Source of the DNA: Acidobacteriota bacterium | Lineage (GTDB): Bacteria; Acidobacteriota; UBA6911; RPQK01; JAJDTT01 | Direction of reading: 5' to 3' | Length of the DNA: 64,000 bases | NCBI GenBank assembly: GCA_965217775.1 | Contig: CBDCJH010000002.1 | Location: forward strand, 4,128,001-4,192,000 | Shown: one piece after another, positions 10,290-18,360 of the stretch | Position numbering within the stretch: the first letter of the stretch is position 1 | Layout of the letters: each line of letters begins with the position of its first letter | Program-made: the position numbers and the translations under genes | The notes under the pieces: generated by a model | Database searches by the model: none | What the model was told of the DNA's origin: nothing | What the model saw: the letters and a program-made list of their open reading frames with translations, nothing else

Positions 10290-10838
10290 CTACGACGACC
10301 TCTTCGCGTCCCCGCAGGCTTTCTCAAAAACCGGATTCGCGTTGTACTCGTCAGACTTGCCCGGTGGGATACTCAGGGATTCCCAGGAATCCCCGCGGAA
10401 GCACTTGCCCAGATAGACGATTTGTCCGACGTGATAGGACGCGTGGGCCAGAGAGAGCAGCAGGGCCTCATCGACGCCCATGGACACGCCCCGGATGATC
10501 ACGGAACGATCCAGATCGTCATCGGTAAGCTCTAGAAGCGAGCCAAAAAGCACCTGCCAACCTCGGTCCCATTTCTCCTCGATCTCGGCGCGTGACGGCG
10601 TCCGCGGTTCGAATTCCGAGTCCCGATTCCGCCACGGCTTCTCGCCGTCTGTCGTCAGGAAGTCCGTGAACCTGGATTCCAGATTGCCGGCGATGTGCCA
10701 GACGATCATGGCGATTGAGTTGGCCCCCGCCGAATCCGCCACCAGCTCCCCGGCGCTCAACTGGCGGAAAGTCCCCTCGCCGAGAGCCTTGTAGCGCTGG
10801 TACTCGGCTTCAATCAGTGACAGCAGTCCTCGACTCAT
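10290..10838 (-). CDS. DUF1572 / DinB-like protein
   Basis: NSIAMIVWHIAGNLESRFTDFLTTDGEKPWRNRDSEF, HASYHVGQIV. Confidence 0.88.
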   Translation of the reverse strand: MSRGLLSLIEAEYQRYKALGEGTFRQLSAGELVADSAGANSIAMIVWHIAGNLESRFTDFLTTDGEKPWRNRDSEFEPRTPSRAEIEEKWDRGWQVLFGSLLELTDDDLDRSVIIRGVSMGVDEALLLSLAHASYHVGQIVYLGKCFRGDSWESLSIPPGKSDEYNANPVFEKACGDAKRSS

Positions 10839-11105
10839 CGCACCCCCCCAAAGTTCCCGAAAGGACGCCGTCTAGGATACACTGTGGCCGGCGGGCGAGC
10901 CCCCGAGCAGCTTCCTTCACGAAACTTGCAACCCGAAGCGGGTTTGTGCATCCTTAGAAACCATACGGCGTGACAATTTGAACCGACAGGTTCTGTTAAC
11001 GGGAAATATCGGAACCGAGGTAAAGGCAGGGCACGCCGCCGGGTACGAAATCCCATCTTGGAGATCAACGATTCATCCCCAAAAGAGCGGAAAAGCTGCC
11101 CTCAA

Positions 11106-11504
11106 TCACGCCTGCGGCGAGTCCCCCGGGGCTGCCAGGGCTTGCCGGATCGTCTTCGCCATCCTCCAGGCCGTGACGCGGGAGATTCCCAATCCCTCAT
11201 GCAACGTCAACATGGAAGTTCTCAGGGGCATATCGGAGGAAAGCAGGTGAATCGCCAATACCCAGGTCCTCAGCTTGGTCTTGTTCTGTCCCAGGAGGGT
11301 CCCCTTGCGGACACTGAAGTACCCTTTGCAGTCCTTGCACCGATAACGCATGGCCACCTGGCGCGGGTCCCGGGTCCGGTGGCGGTACCAGCGGTCGGAG
11401 CCGCAAGCCGGACACCAAAGTTGGCCCTGCCAGCGGATGGCGGCCAGCCATTGCTCGGCGGCTTCCTCGTCGGGGAAAGTCTGGAATAATTCAGGCAAAG
11501 TCAT
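11106..11504 (-). CDS. IS1595-transposase-like Zn-ribbon + HTH protein lacking the DDE domain (truncated or domesticated)
   Basis: FPDEEAA...RW...CPACGS...YRCKDC...FSVRKGT...LGISRVTAWRM; stops before the catalytic domain. Confidence 0.75.
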   Translation of the reverse strand: MTLPELFQTFPDEEAAEQWLAAIRWQGQLWCPACGSDRWYRHRTRDPRQVAMRYRCKDCKGYFSVRKGTLLGQNKTKLRTWVLAIHLLSSDMPLRTSMLTLHEGLGISRVTAWRMAKTIRQALAAPGDSPQA

Positions 11505-11702
11505 GAGTGAACCTGCGGCGGGGCCGTCACATACGGCCCCTTCAGGGGTGCCACAGGGAAACCCGAGGGAGCTTGCGCGTCGTCACTGTCGGGTAACGAA
11601 GAGCTCGGGATAGGACTCCACACCGGGCTTCTCCAGACCGTGGGGGTAGAAAGGATGGTTGAAAACCTGCCCCTGGGTTCTGGATATCGTCGCAGCATTT
11701 TG

Positions 11703-11740
11703 AAAAAAGAAGGGGGAGACCTGATTGCAGGTCTCCCCTT
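11703..11740 (-). terminator. Rho-independent terminator of the secreted protein gene
   Basis: GGGGAGACCTG-attg-CAGGTCTCCCC hairpin with an A-run on + (U-tract on -). Confidence 0.8.
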
Positions 11741-11810
11741 CCGTTTCTACCCGGTCCGTCGATCTCCCTTGGTTGAAGAGAGTGACGTTCCTTGGATTGG
11801 CTGGACCAAC

Positions 11811-13748
11811 CTAATTAGTACCGAAGTCAGCCGCCGGAGCTGGAGGAGACTTCAGGGACCAAGAGGCCGCGAAAGTCGAAGTCGGGGTGATGAACTTCAA
11901 CACGGCTTGGCCCGTGGTGATGAATGTACGCTCGGAGTCTGCCTGCTCCACGACCAACGTGCCGGCCTTGTAGGTCCGCTCGTTCTTTGTGGGAACACCA
12001 TCCGCCTCCTCAATCCCTGTAAGGGTCGTGCCGTCGCCGTCGCCGTAGTTCATCTTACACGTCAGTGCGGAACGCACGAATTTGATCAAGCCCGGAGTGG
12101 CATTCATCATCGGATCAAGCATGGCATCCAGACCAGCGAAGGTCTTTGCACCCATAGCCGCCGAGGGGACGAGTTCCGTCAGAGAGGCGACAGTCCAGGC
12201 CCCGGCCATCATGGTTCCGGTGCACTTGGCAAGATTGGCATCGGTCATGACACTAATGCCATTGACGATGATACTGACGCCCGCCGGAGCGTCGGCAGAA
12301 TCCGTGCCACCAAATACGGGAGAGTCCTCGGCAGCAGGATCTGGCAAGGCATCCCCCATATTGTCATGCAGGGTCACCTTGTACCCCGTCATGGCGGGGA
12401 TCAACTTGTAATCGCCACCCTTAGTCTGTCTCGGGTCGCCAAAGTCATCCGCTGCGGACAGCAACACCGCAACCTGGGTGGTCTGCGTGCCCCCACCATA
12501 AAGAGCCGGCAATACCAAGGCTCCGTGGGGAATTTGGGCGTCGTCGGTTGCATTGTCATTATCTGTATCGCCTAAATTGCCTGCACCGGCGATCGCTCTG
12601 TTGGTCGAGTCGTCGGGTTCCGACTCAATACGTGATGGCACGGCAAAGGATTCACGTGCATCTTCAATCACAATGTCCAGCCCCTGACCACCCGCGTCCT
12701 TTTCTGCCAAACGACCGGTGCCGGGGACCTCTATTGGAGTAACTGTGGTCCCTGTTGCCAGCGGATCACCAGGCGGATAGAAGTTCATGTTCACAGGCGT
12801 ATCCGCGTTGAAGTCTATACCGTTCAGAGTCTGATAGTCGGTTCCTATCATCGCCATGTTGTTCACGTCAGTAACGGCCGGCCGGACCACCGGAGTTCCC
12901 CCCCAGGATGCGGTCTGATCGGATCCGCCGGCGGCGGTTCCAACCAACGCTTCCGTGAAATTCCCGGTCAGGTGGTTGAAGGCGATCGGTTCGGCATTGC
13001 CCACGGCCAAAGCACCGACGTTCTTCGACGTCACATCGGCTTCATTAATGGTAGTGGTGGGATCGTCCTTTCGACAGTCCCAAGCTTTATCGGTCGGGTG
13101 GCGGGAGAGCCCGACATTGCTAGTATTGGTCGCGGGGGATGCGCCGCGAGTTGCGTCAGTCGTGATCGCTCCGCAGTTGTCGATGTTGTCGACAGCGTGC
13201 ATGTCCGCAGCCAGAAAGGCGGGAAAGAGGATGTTCGCGAGCATGCTACCACTGTTGCCTTCATCGACGTCTTCGGTGTCCCCATCATCGACCGTGCTTG
13301 CTCCGACCGCGGTTAGAACAATCAAAAAACGACCGGAGTTGACCCCGGCGTGAAACTTGCCGTCCTCATCCTTCATGCTCATTGCGGGGAGTTCACTGAG
13401 GATACTGCTCACGTTCGTTTCCGAGCCTGCAATGTCCTCACCATCGTCATCCTGCTCTGCCGTGCCCGGAATCAAATGGTCAAAGGGGTCGACCAACACG
13501 TTTCCACCTCCGGGTACGACTCTCAGGTACCAGAGAACCCTATGCATCTCGTCGTTGTAGTACTGAGTCAGCAACGTCACCGCGCTGCCATCGTTGGCGT
13601 TGGCAACGGAGATGAAGTTCTGGTGGTACATGTTGCTGTGAAAGATCAACTGCGATCCCTTGTCGGCGGCGAGACCCTCATCCACGACCGCGGTGGCCGC
13701 GAGGATCAGGACGACGCCCAGAACCAGAATTTTGAAAATCGATTTCAT
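11811..13748 (-). CDS. Large secreted acidic hypothetical protein (645 aa), possible surface/S-layer protein
   Basis: AGGAG RBS, signal peptide MKSIFKILVLGVVLILAATAVV, D/T/A/G-rich, strong terminator. Confidence 0.8.
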   Translation of the reverse strand: MKSIFKILVLGVVLILAATAVVDEGLAADKGSQLIFHSNMYHQNFISVANANDGSAVTLLTQYYNDEMHRVLWYLRVVPGGGNVLVDPFDHLIPGTAEQDDDGEDIAGSETNVSSILSELPAMSMKDEDGKFHAGVNSGRFLIVLTAVGASTVDDGDTEDVDEGNSGSMLANILFPAFLAADMHAVDNIDNCGAITTDATRGASPATNTSNVGLSRHPTDKAWDCRKDDPTTTINEADVTSKNVGALAVGNAEPIAFNHLTGNFTEALVGTAAGGSDQTASWGGTPVVRPAVTDVNNMAMIGTDYQTLNGIDFNADTPVNMNFYPPGDPLATGTTVTPIEVPGTGRLAEKDAGGQGLDIVIEDARESFAVPSRIESEPDDSTNRAIAGAGNLGDTDNDNATDDAQIPHGALVLPALYGGGTQTTQVAVLLSAADDFGDPRQTKGGDYKLIPAMTGYKVTLHDNMGDALPDPAAEDSPVFGGTDSADAPAGVSIIVNGISVMTDANLAKCTGTMMAGAWTVASLTELVPSAAMGAKTFAGLDAMLDPMMNATPGLIKFVRSALTCKMNYGDGDGTTLTGIEEADGVPTKNERTYKAGTLVVEQADSERTFITTGQAVLKFITPTSTFAASWSLKSPPAPAADFGTN

Positions 13749-13838
13749 TTTGTAACTCCTTACTTGTTTGGTTGAAACAGAAAACACGTCAAATTCATCG
13801 TTCTCACGCCTGTCCCATAGGCTGTGCCCCTCCCCCTA

Positions 13839-13864
13839 CTTCCGATAATTCCCGTTATCGGAAG
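13839..13864. other. Putative tyrosine-recombinase site (10-6-10 palindrome)
   Basis: CTTCCGATAA-ttcccg-TTATCGGAAG, perfect inverted repeat. Confidence 0.65.
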
Positions 13865-14105
13865 CTCCAAGAAGGCACCGACGTCACGTAAGCCGGGCGC
13901 TTGTGACAGCGTTATTCGTCGTTACGTACTTCGAGAGGACTTGTTGGTCGGGGTTCAGTCATCACAGGGGTTGAGTGCCGACGGCGTTCATGCGGAACGG
14001 CGCATCCCGTCCCTTCATCGATGAGCTGAAATGACGACTCGTACTTAATTCGAGGATGGCAGATTGGATTGACGGCTGGCCATCCGGCTATTCGAGAGGA
14101 CCATT

Positions 14106-14288
14106 ATGAAACCGATGAGAACCCGTCGCGACGGTCGTCCCTGGGCCCGAAAGGGCAGCGTTTTGAAGGCTCTGCAGATCCAGAATCTCAAGGTGAACTT
14201 GCCAGCCATGGAGATCGCCAGCCGGCTGCTCGAACAACAGGAGCCCCCGGACCCCGCCCGGCGAATCGTGTCCAATCCAAGGGAATAA
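14106..14288 (+). CDS. Small hypothetical protein
   Basis: ATG preceded by GAGAGGA RBS; no recognisable motif. Confidence 0.4.
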   Translation: MKPMRTRRDGRPWARKGSVLKALQIQNLKVNLPAMEIASRLLEQQEPPDPARRIVSNPRE

Positions 14289-14295
14289 GCTCGAC

Positions 14296-14628
14296 GTGTT
14301 CCGGAAGGGTTGGCGAAAAAGGGCGCAGTTACTCTGGACGGCGACCTTCGAGGATGCGGTCGCGACCTATGTCACTTTCGGCCGAAACAAGGCCGAGATT
14401 CCCGTATACCGGCACGACAGGTCCCGGCAGGTCCTGGTGCAGACGAGCCTGACTTATCCGAGCTGCTTCCAATTCATCCCGACGGCTTTGATGACCTCGC
14501 GGCTCACGCGGCGCCGGTTGAAATCCATCCTGAGAGAATATGGGGCCATCATCGAGCACCCGGGACCAAGCACGCGCAGGAAGAAGGCTGGACGCGAGGG
14601 CGTGAATTCGGAGAGACCGGAAGCGTAA
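14296..14628 (+). CDS. Hypothetical basic protein
   Basis: GTG 7 nt after the previous stop; no recognisable motif. Confidence 0.35.
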   Translation: MFRKGWRKRAQLLWTATFEDAVATYVTFGRNKAEIPVYRHDRSRQVLVQTSLTYPSCFQFIPTALMTSRLTRRRLKSILREYGAIIEHPGPSTRRKKAGREGVNSERPEA

Positions 14629-14934
14629 TCTCGTCGACGCCGCTTCCCCTGATGAAGAGTTGGAGAGATCCTCCACGACCCGCTCTCTATTCTCTTACGT
14701 CAAGGGAGGGCAAAGAACTTCTGGGGTTTCTACGAACGTGGATCTTCCGGGGAGATCATCGGGAACCTATTTTAATCGTGATCGAATCTCCTGGGAACGC
14801 CAAATCAAACGGCTCGCGGACCTGATCGCTGCGCCAGGATGCGATGCGGCCCCTGGAACCAACGGCGCTTGCATTCCGGATTTACTTTGCAGGTGTTCGT
14901 CACGTCCATTCCCAATAAAATCAATCGGTTACCT

Positions 14935-15948
14935 TCACGATCCTCTCCCGTACCGGATCCGCGCCACGGGTCCGCGGGATGCGAGTTGCCCCCGGACATA
15001 CCGGCCCGGCATATGCGGAGAGGTCCAGCGTCCGGCCTGCTGGAGCTCCACCAGAGAGGCTCCCCGAAGGGCGAGGGACTGAGCCGACCCGACCCGGAGC
15101 GAATGCCCGGAGACTCGGACGCCGTCGATTCCGGCCTGCCTCGCCCGCTTCTGGATGACGCTCCGAATGCTCCGGGAGCTGAGGGCGCCTTCCTCCACGG
15201 TCCCCCCGACCCGAATCGGTCGAAACAAAGGCCCGGAATTGAAGGCGCCATCGGTCATCCAGGCACGGATCCGCCGCATGGTGAGCGCTCCCAGAAACAG
15301 GATCGCTCCCTCCCCCTCCTGGTCGGTCTTGGAATTGTGAATCGTGATCAAGCCGGCGCCTCCGTTGTCCTCCCGGATGTCGGCGCACTGAAGCGCGGCG
15401 ACTTCCGAGACCCGAAGCATGGCGTCAGACATGATCGAGATCAGGGCAGCGTCGCGGAAAGCGGCAAGAGACCCCGGCTCGACGGCCGTAATGAGGGCGG
15501 CAATGATGTCGGCCATCTCCCAACTGATCCCTTCGACCTGACCCCGGCCCCTCTTGCGTCCCTCGCGCCGGAACCCGGCCAAGACCCGATCCGTGGCCGG
15601 CCCCACAGGTGAACGCGCACCCGTGGTCTTGGCCTGAAAGCGGACGGCGGCCACGACCATGCTGGCTGAGGAGGGGGAACGCCCCCGATGAAACAGAGAC
15701 GCGAGGTAGCTGGCGAGCCGACCGTCCTCGAGGGTAGCATCGTGTTTGTCCAGATAGTCCTGCAAACGCTGAAGGGCGCCTTGATAGGCTCGGCGCGTGT
15801 TTTTCGACAGGGACGCGGCGGCGAGATCGGCGACTCTCCGGGGAGCGCCGGACAAGGATGAATCCGAAGCCGGGACGGCGACCGAATCTGTCCGGACATC
15901 GGAATGGCGGGCGGGCGGTGGGGCGTTGGCAGGTTGCGGGTTGGGCAT
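14935..15948 (-). CDS. Cre-like tyrosine recombinase/integrase
   Basis: SKNTRRAY, RDAALI...LRVSE, SKTDQEGEG, SGHSLRVG, AGRW...GRY (R-K-HxxR-W-Y set, with Trp as in Cre); GGAG RBS. Confidence 0.92.
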   Translation of the reverse strand: MPNPQPANAPPPARHSDVRTDSVAVPASDSSLSGAPRRVADLAAASLSKNTRRAYQGALQRLQDYLDKHDATLEDGRLASYLASLFHRGRSPSSASMVVAAVRFQAKTTGARSPVGPATDRVLAGFRREGRKRGRGQVEGISWEMADIIAALITAVEPGSLAAFRDAALISIMSDAMLRVSEVAALQCADIREDNGGAGLITIHNSKTDQEGEGAILFLGALTMRRIRAWMTDGAFNSGPLFRPIRVGGTVEEGALSSRSIRSVIQKRARQAGIDGVRVSGHSLRVGSAQSLALRGASLVELQQAGRWTSPHMPGRYVRGQLASRGPVARIRYGRGS

Positions 15949-15977
15949 AAAATCTCCGTTTCTCCCCCATCGGGGTA

Positions 15978-16003
15978 CATCCGTTAAGCCCAGTTATCAG
16001 AAT
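15978..16003. other. Second degenerate recombinase site 30 bp upstream of the recombinase start
   Basis: CATCCGTTAA-gcccag-TTATCAGAAT; each arm 8/10 identical to the 13839 site, same 6-bp spacing. Confidence 0.55.
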
Positions 16004-16499
16004 TAGTTTATCTAATTTATTGCCCGGCAGCGTGGGACCAAAAAACCATGCCTTCAGGGAGCAGAACGGACATCTGAAATCAGGTGGGTATCCTAAGAAT
16101 AGGACAGTAATTTGTCTAATTGAAGCTGACAGGGAAATCCTACGTAAAATAGACTTATCTCCTCACGATCGCGATATTCGCCGCTGGCCGCCATCTGCCG
16201 CAGAGCGGCCGCCCATGGTGGAATTGCAAGCCACCTCAGCCAGAATCGATGGGCGTCCTTTATCTAGCCGCAGCCTTCGCAACGCTAATGATAAGAGGGT
16301 AGTATCTTTACACATACACTGTGATATCGGGGTGAGCACTTTAGCCATCGTGGTGATTTTCGGGTGAGTTTTTGCACCAATTGGCCATCCTTGCAGCGAA
16401 TGGAGCTCGATCCGCCTCCAACCCGGCTCGTACCTTCGTGTCGACGGGCTGCGATGTTCAACCGGATCTCGCGCCCGGGTGCGACGAGACAGGGCATAA

Positions 16500-16657
16500 C
16501 AGCCCGTGGCAAAAGTCATCACGGCATTCGACCGTCCCTGCATCCCGGCGGACGGCGTTGCGATTCGGGCACATACTCCCGGTATGCACCCGAATCGCGC
16601 CTTGTCCGGCGGGCGCAGGAACGGTCTCGGTGCTCGCGGGACTTTCACCACGGACTG
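16500..16657. mobile_element. 158-bp MITE, copy 1
   Basis: TIRs CAGCCCGTGGCAAAAGTC / GACTTTCACCACGGACTG, flanked by ATAA on both sides; near-identical to 33051-33208. Confidence 0.85.
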
Positions 16658-16719
16658 ATAAGCACGCCGGTTCGTTGACCGCCTGGGGCGTTGAACCTAT
16701 TCTGCCACCGGGAGGAGAT

Positions 16720-18159
16720 ATGAAAAGAGTTCTTTTGGCATGCCTGCTGGGATCACTGCCGGTGCTGGGTGGGGGATCCTTCGTCGACATCGGATCCGAC
16801 CGTCAGCTCTTTCTGGACCGGGATCTCATCGACGAGATGCGCGGGGCCGAATTCGAGTTGCATCGGCCGGTGCTGCGCGAAGAGGTCCTGCGTTACGACA
16901 AACCGTGGGAGGGGGACACTTCGTGGCACCCCATCGTGATCCGGGACGGGGAACGCTTCCGGATGTGGTACCGGGTCTCCCAAGGCAACCATGACGGCGT
17001 GGCTCAGACGGCCTACGCCGAGAGCAAGGACGGGATTCGTTGGGAGCGCCCCTCGCTGGGACTGGTGGAGTCGAAAGGGTCCACCGACAACAACCTGATC
17101 TGGCCCACGCCCGGCAACCAGGGGATCAACATGTGCGTCTTCAAGGACCCGAACCCCGGCGTGCCGGAGGGGGAACGGTACAAGGCGATCGTGCAGACCC
17201 GTGACCTCCACGGGCTGGTCTCTGCGGACGGACTGCATTGGAAACCGATCCAGCCCGATCCCCTGATCCAACGCCTCCAGGACCAGGTCAACGACGGTCC
17301 TCATGCCGCCTTCTGGGATCCCTGGCAGTCCCGGTACGTCATCTACAAGCGCGGCTGGTGGGGAGCCACCCCGGAAAAGCAACTCGATGCCTCGGGAACC
17401 AGCGGAGAGGCCAATCGGACCATTCGCCGTTTCACCTCCCGGGACTTCCGCACCTGGGACGGCCCCGAATGGGTGGAGATCCCCTTCGGGACCCAACCCC
17501 GGGAACAGTTCTACACCAGCGCCGCCATCCCCTATCCCTGGGCGCGGAACGTCTACCTCATGTTTCCCATGCGCTTCATCCTGGACCGGGAAGGCGAGGG
17601 CTGGCCCTTCCCCGGCATCTCGGACATCTGCCTGCTCAGCAGCCGCGACGGGCTGCGCTGGCGGCGGACCTTCCGGGAGGCCTGGATCCGTCCCGGACTC
17701 GACCGGAACAACTGGCACGAGCGCGCCATGTCCTTCGGCTCGGGCCTGGTCCGGACCGCTCCGGGAGAGCTGTCCATGTACATGACCCACAACTACCGGA
17801 CCCCCGACGCACACATCCGGCGGGTGACGCTGCGGCAGGACGGGTTCATCTCGGTTCATGCCCCCGATCTGGGAGGCGAGTTCACGACCCGGCCGTTGAA
17901 ATTCAAGGGGAGCCGCTTGCGGATCAACTACTCCACCTCGGTCACGGGATCGGTCCGGGTGGAGGTGCTCAACCATTTCTCCCGTCCCGTCCTCGGCTTC
18001 AACCTGAAGGACAGCAGCGAGATCTACGGGGACGAGCTGGACCGGGTCGTCCGCTGGGGGGAGAACGAAGACCTGAGTACACTGGAAGGCCAAGTGGTCC
18101 GCCTCCGCTTCGTCCTGCGCGACGCGAACCTCTATTCCTTCCAGTTTGGTGCGCCGTAG
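16720..18159 (+). CDS. Secreted beta-propeller glycosidase-like protein (paralogue 1, subfamily A)
   Basis: GGAGG RBS, signal peptide, RQLFLD, YAESKDG.RW, LRQDGFIS, VRLRFVL.DANLYSFQF. Confidence 0.85.
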   Translation: MKRVLLACLLGSLPVLGGGSFVDIGSDRQLFLDRDLIDEMRGAEFELHRPVLREEVLRYDKPWEGDTSWHPIVIRDGERFRMWYRVSQGNHDGVAQTAYAESKDGIRWERPSLGLVESKGSTDNNLIWPTPGNQGINMCVFKDPNPGVPEGERYKAIVQTRDLHGLVSADGLHWKPIQPDPLIQRLQDQVNDGPHAAFWDPWQSRYVIYKRGWWGATPEKQLDASGTSGEANRTIRRFTSRDFRTWDGPEWVEIPFGTQPREQFYTSAAIPYPWARNVYLMFPMRFILDREGEGWPFPGISDICLLSSRDGLRWRRTFREAWIRPGLDRNNWHERAMSFGSGLVRTAPGELSMYMTHNYRTPDAHIRRVTLRQDGFISVHAPDLGGEFTTRPLKFKGSRLRINYSTSVTGSVRVEVLNHFSRPVLGFNLKDSSEIYGDELDRVVRWGENEDLSTLEGQVVRLRFVLRDANLYSFQFGAP

Positions 18160-18165
18160 GGGTCT

Positions 18166-18254
18166 GGAGCGGCGGATTTCCGGTCGCCGATTCCATAGAA
18201 GAATTGGAGGACTGAAGTTTCCCCTCCCATATGGGGGACAAGACTGTCCCTTCC
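18166..18254. repeat. GGAG-footed REP-like hairpin cluster
   Basis: GGAGCGGCGGATTTCCGGTCGCCG and GGGGGACAAGACTGTCCC; related copies at 9021, 24717, 48014, 54850. Confidence 0.6.
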
Positions 18255-18360
18255 TACTGGTCCCTGGGTACATTCTACGGAACAAAATTCGAGGCAAGCC
18301 CATTCAAATCAATGATGTGAAGCGAAGAATCAAGTCAGACAGGCTGGAAGTTCAGTCTAA

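Noticed and set aside
10850-11100. Possible riboswitch or ncRNA in the intergenic region
   Set aside because: No consensus I could match by eye; an Rfam/Infernal scan would be needed.
13839-13864. Chromosomal dif site
   Set aside because: It lacks the conserved XerD arm TTATGTTAAAT; the adjacent recombinase is a better explanation.
16372-16719. N-terminal extension of the 595-aa ORF
   Set aside because: It reads through the MITE; the RBS and signal peptide place the start at 16720.
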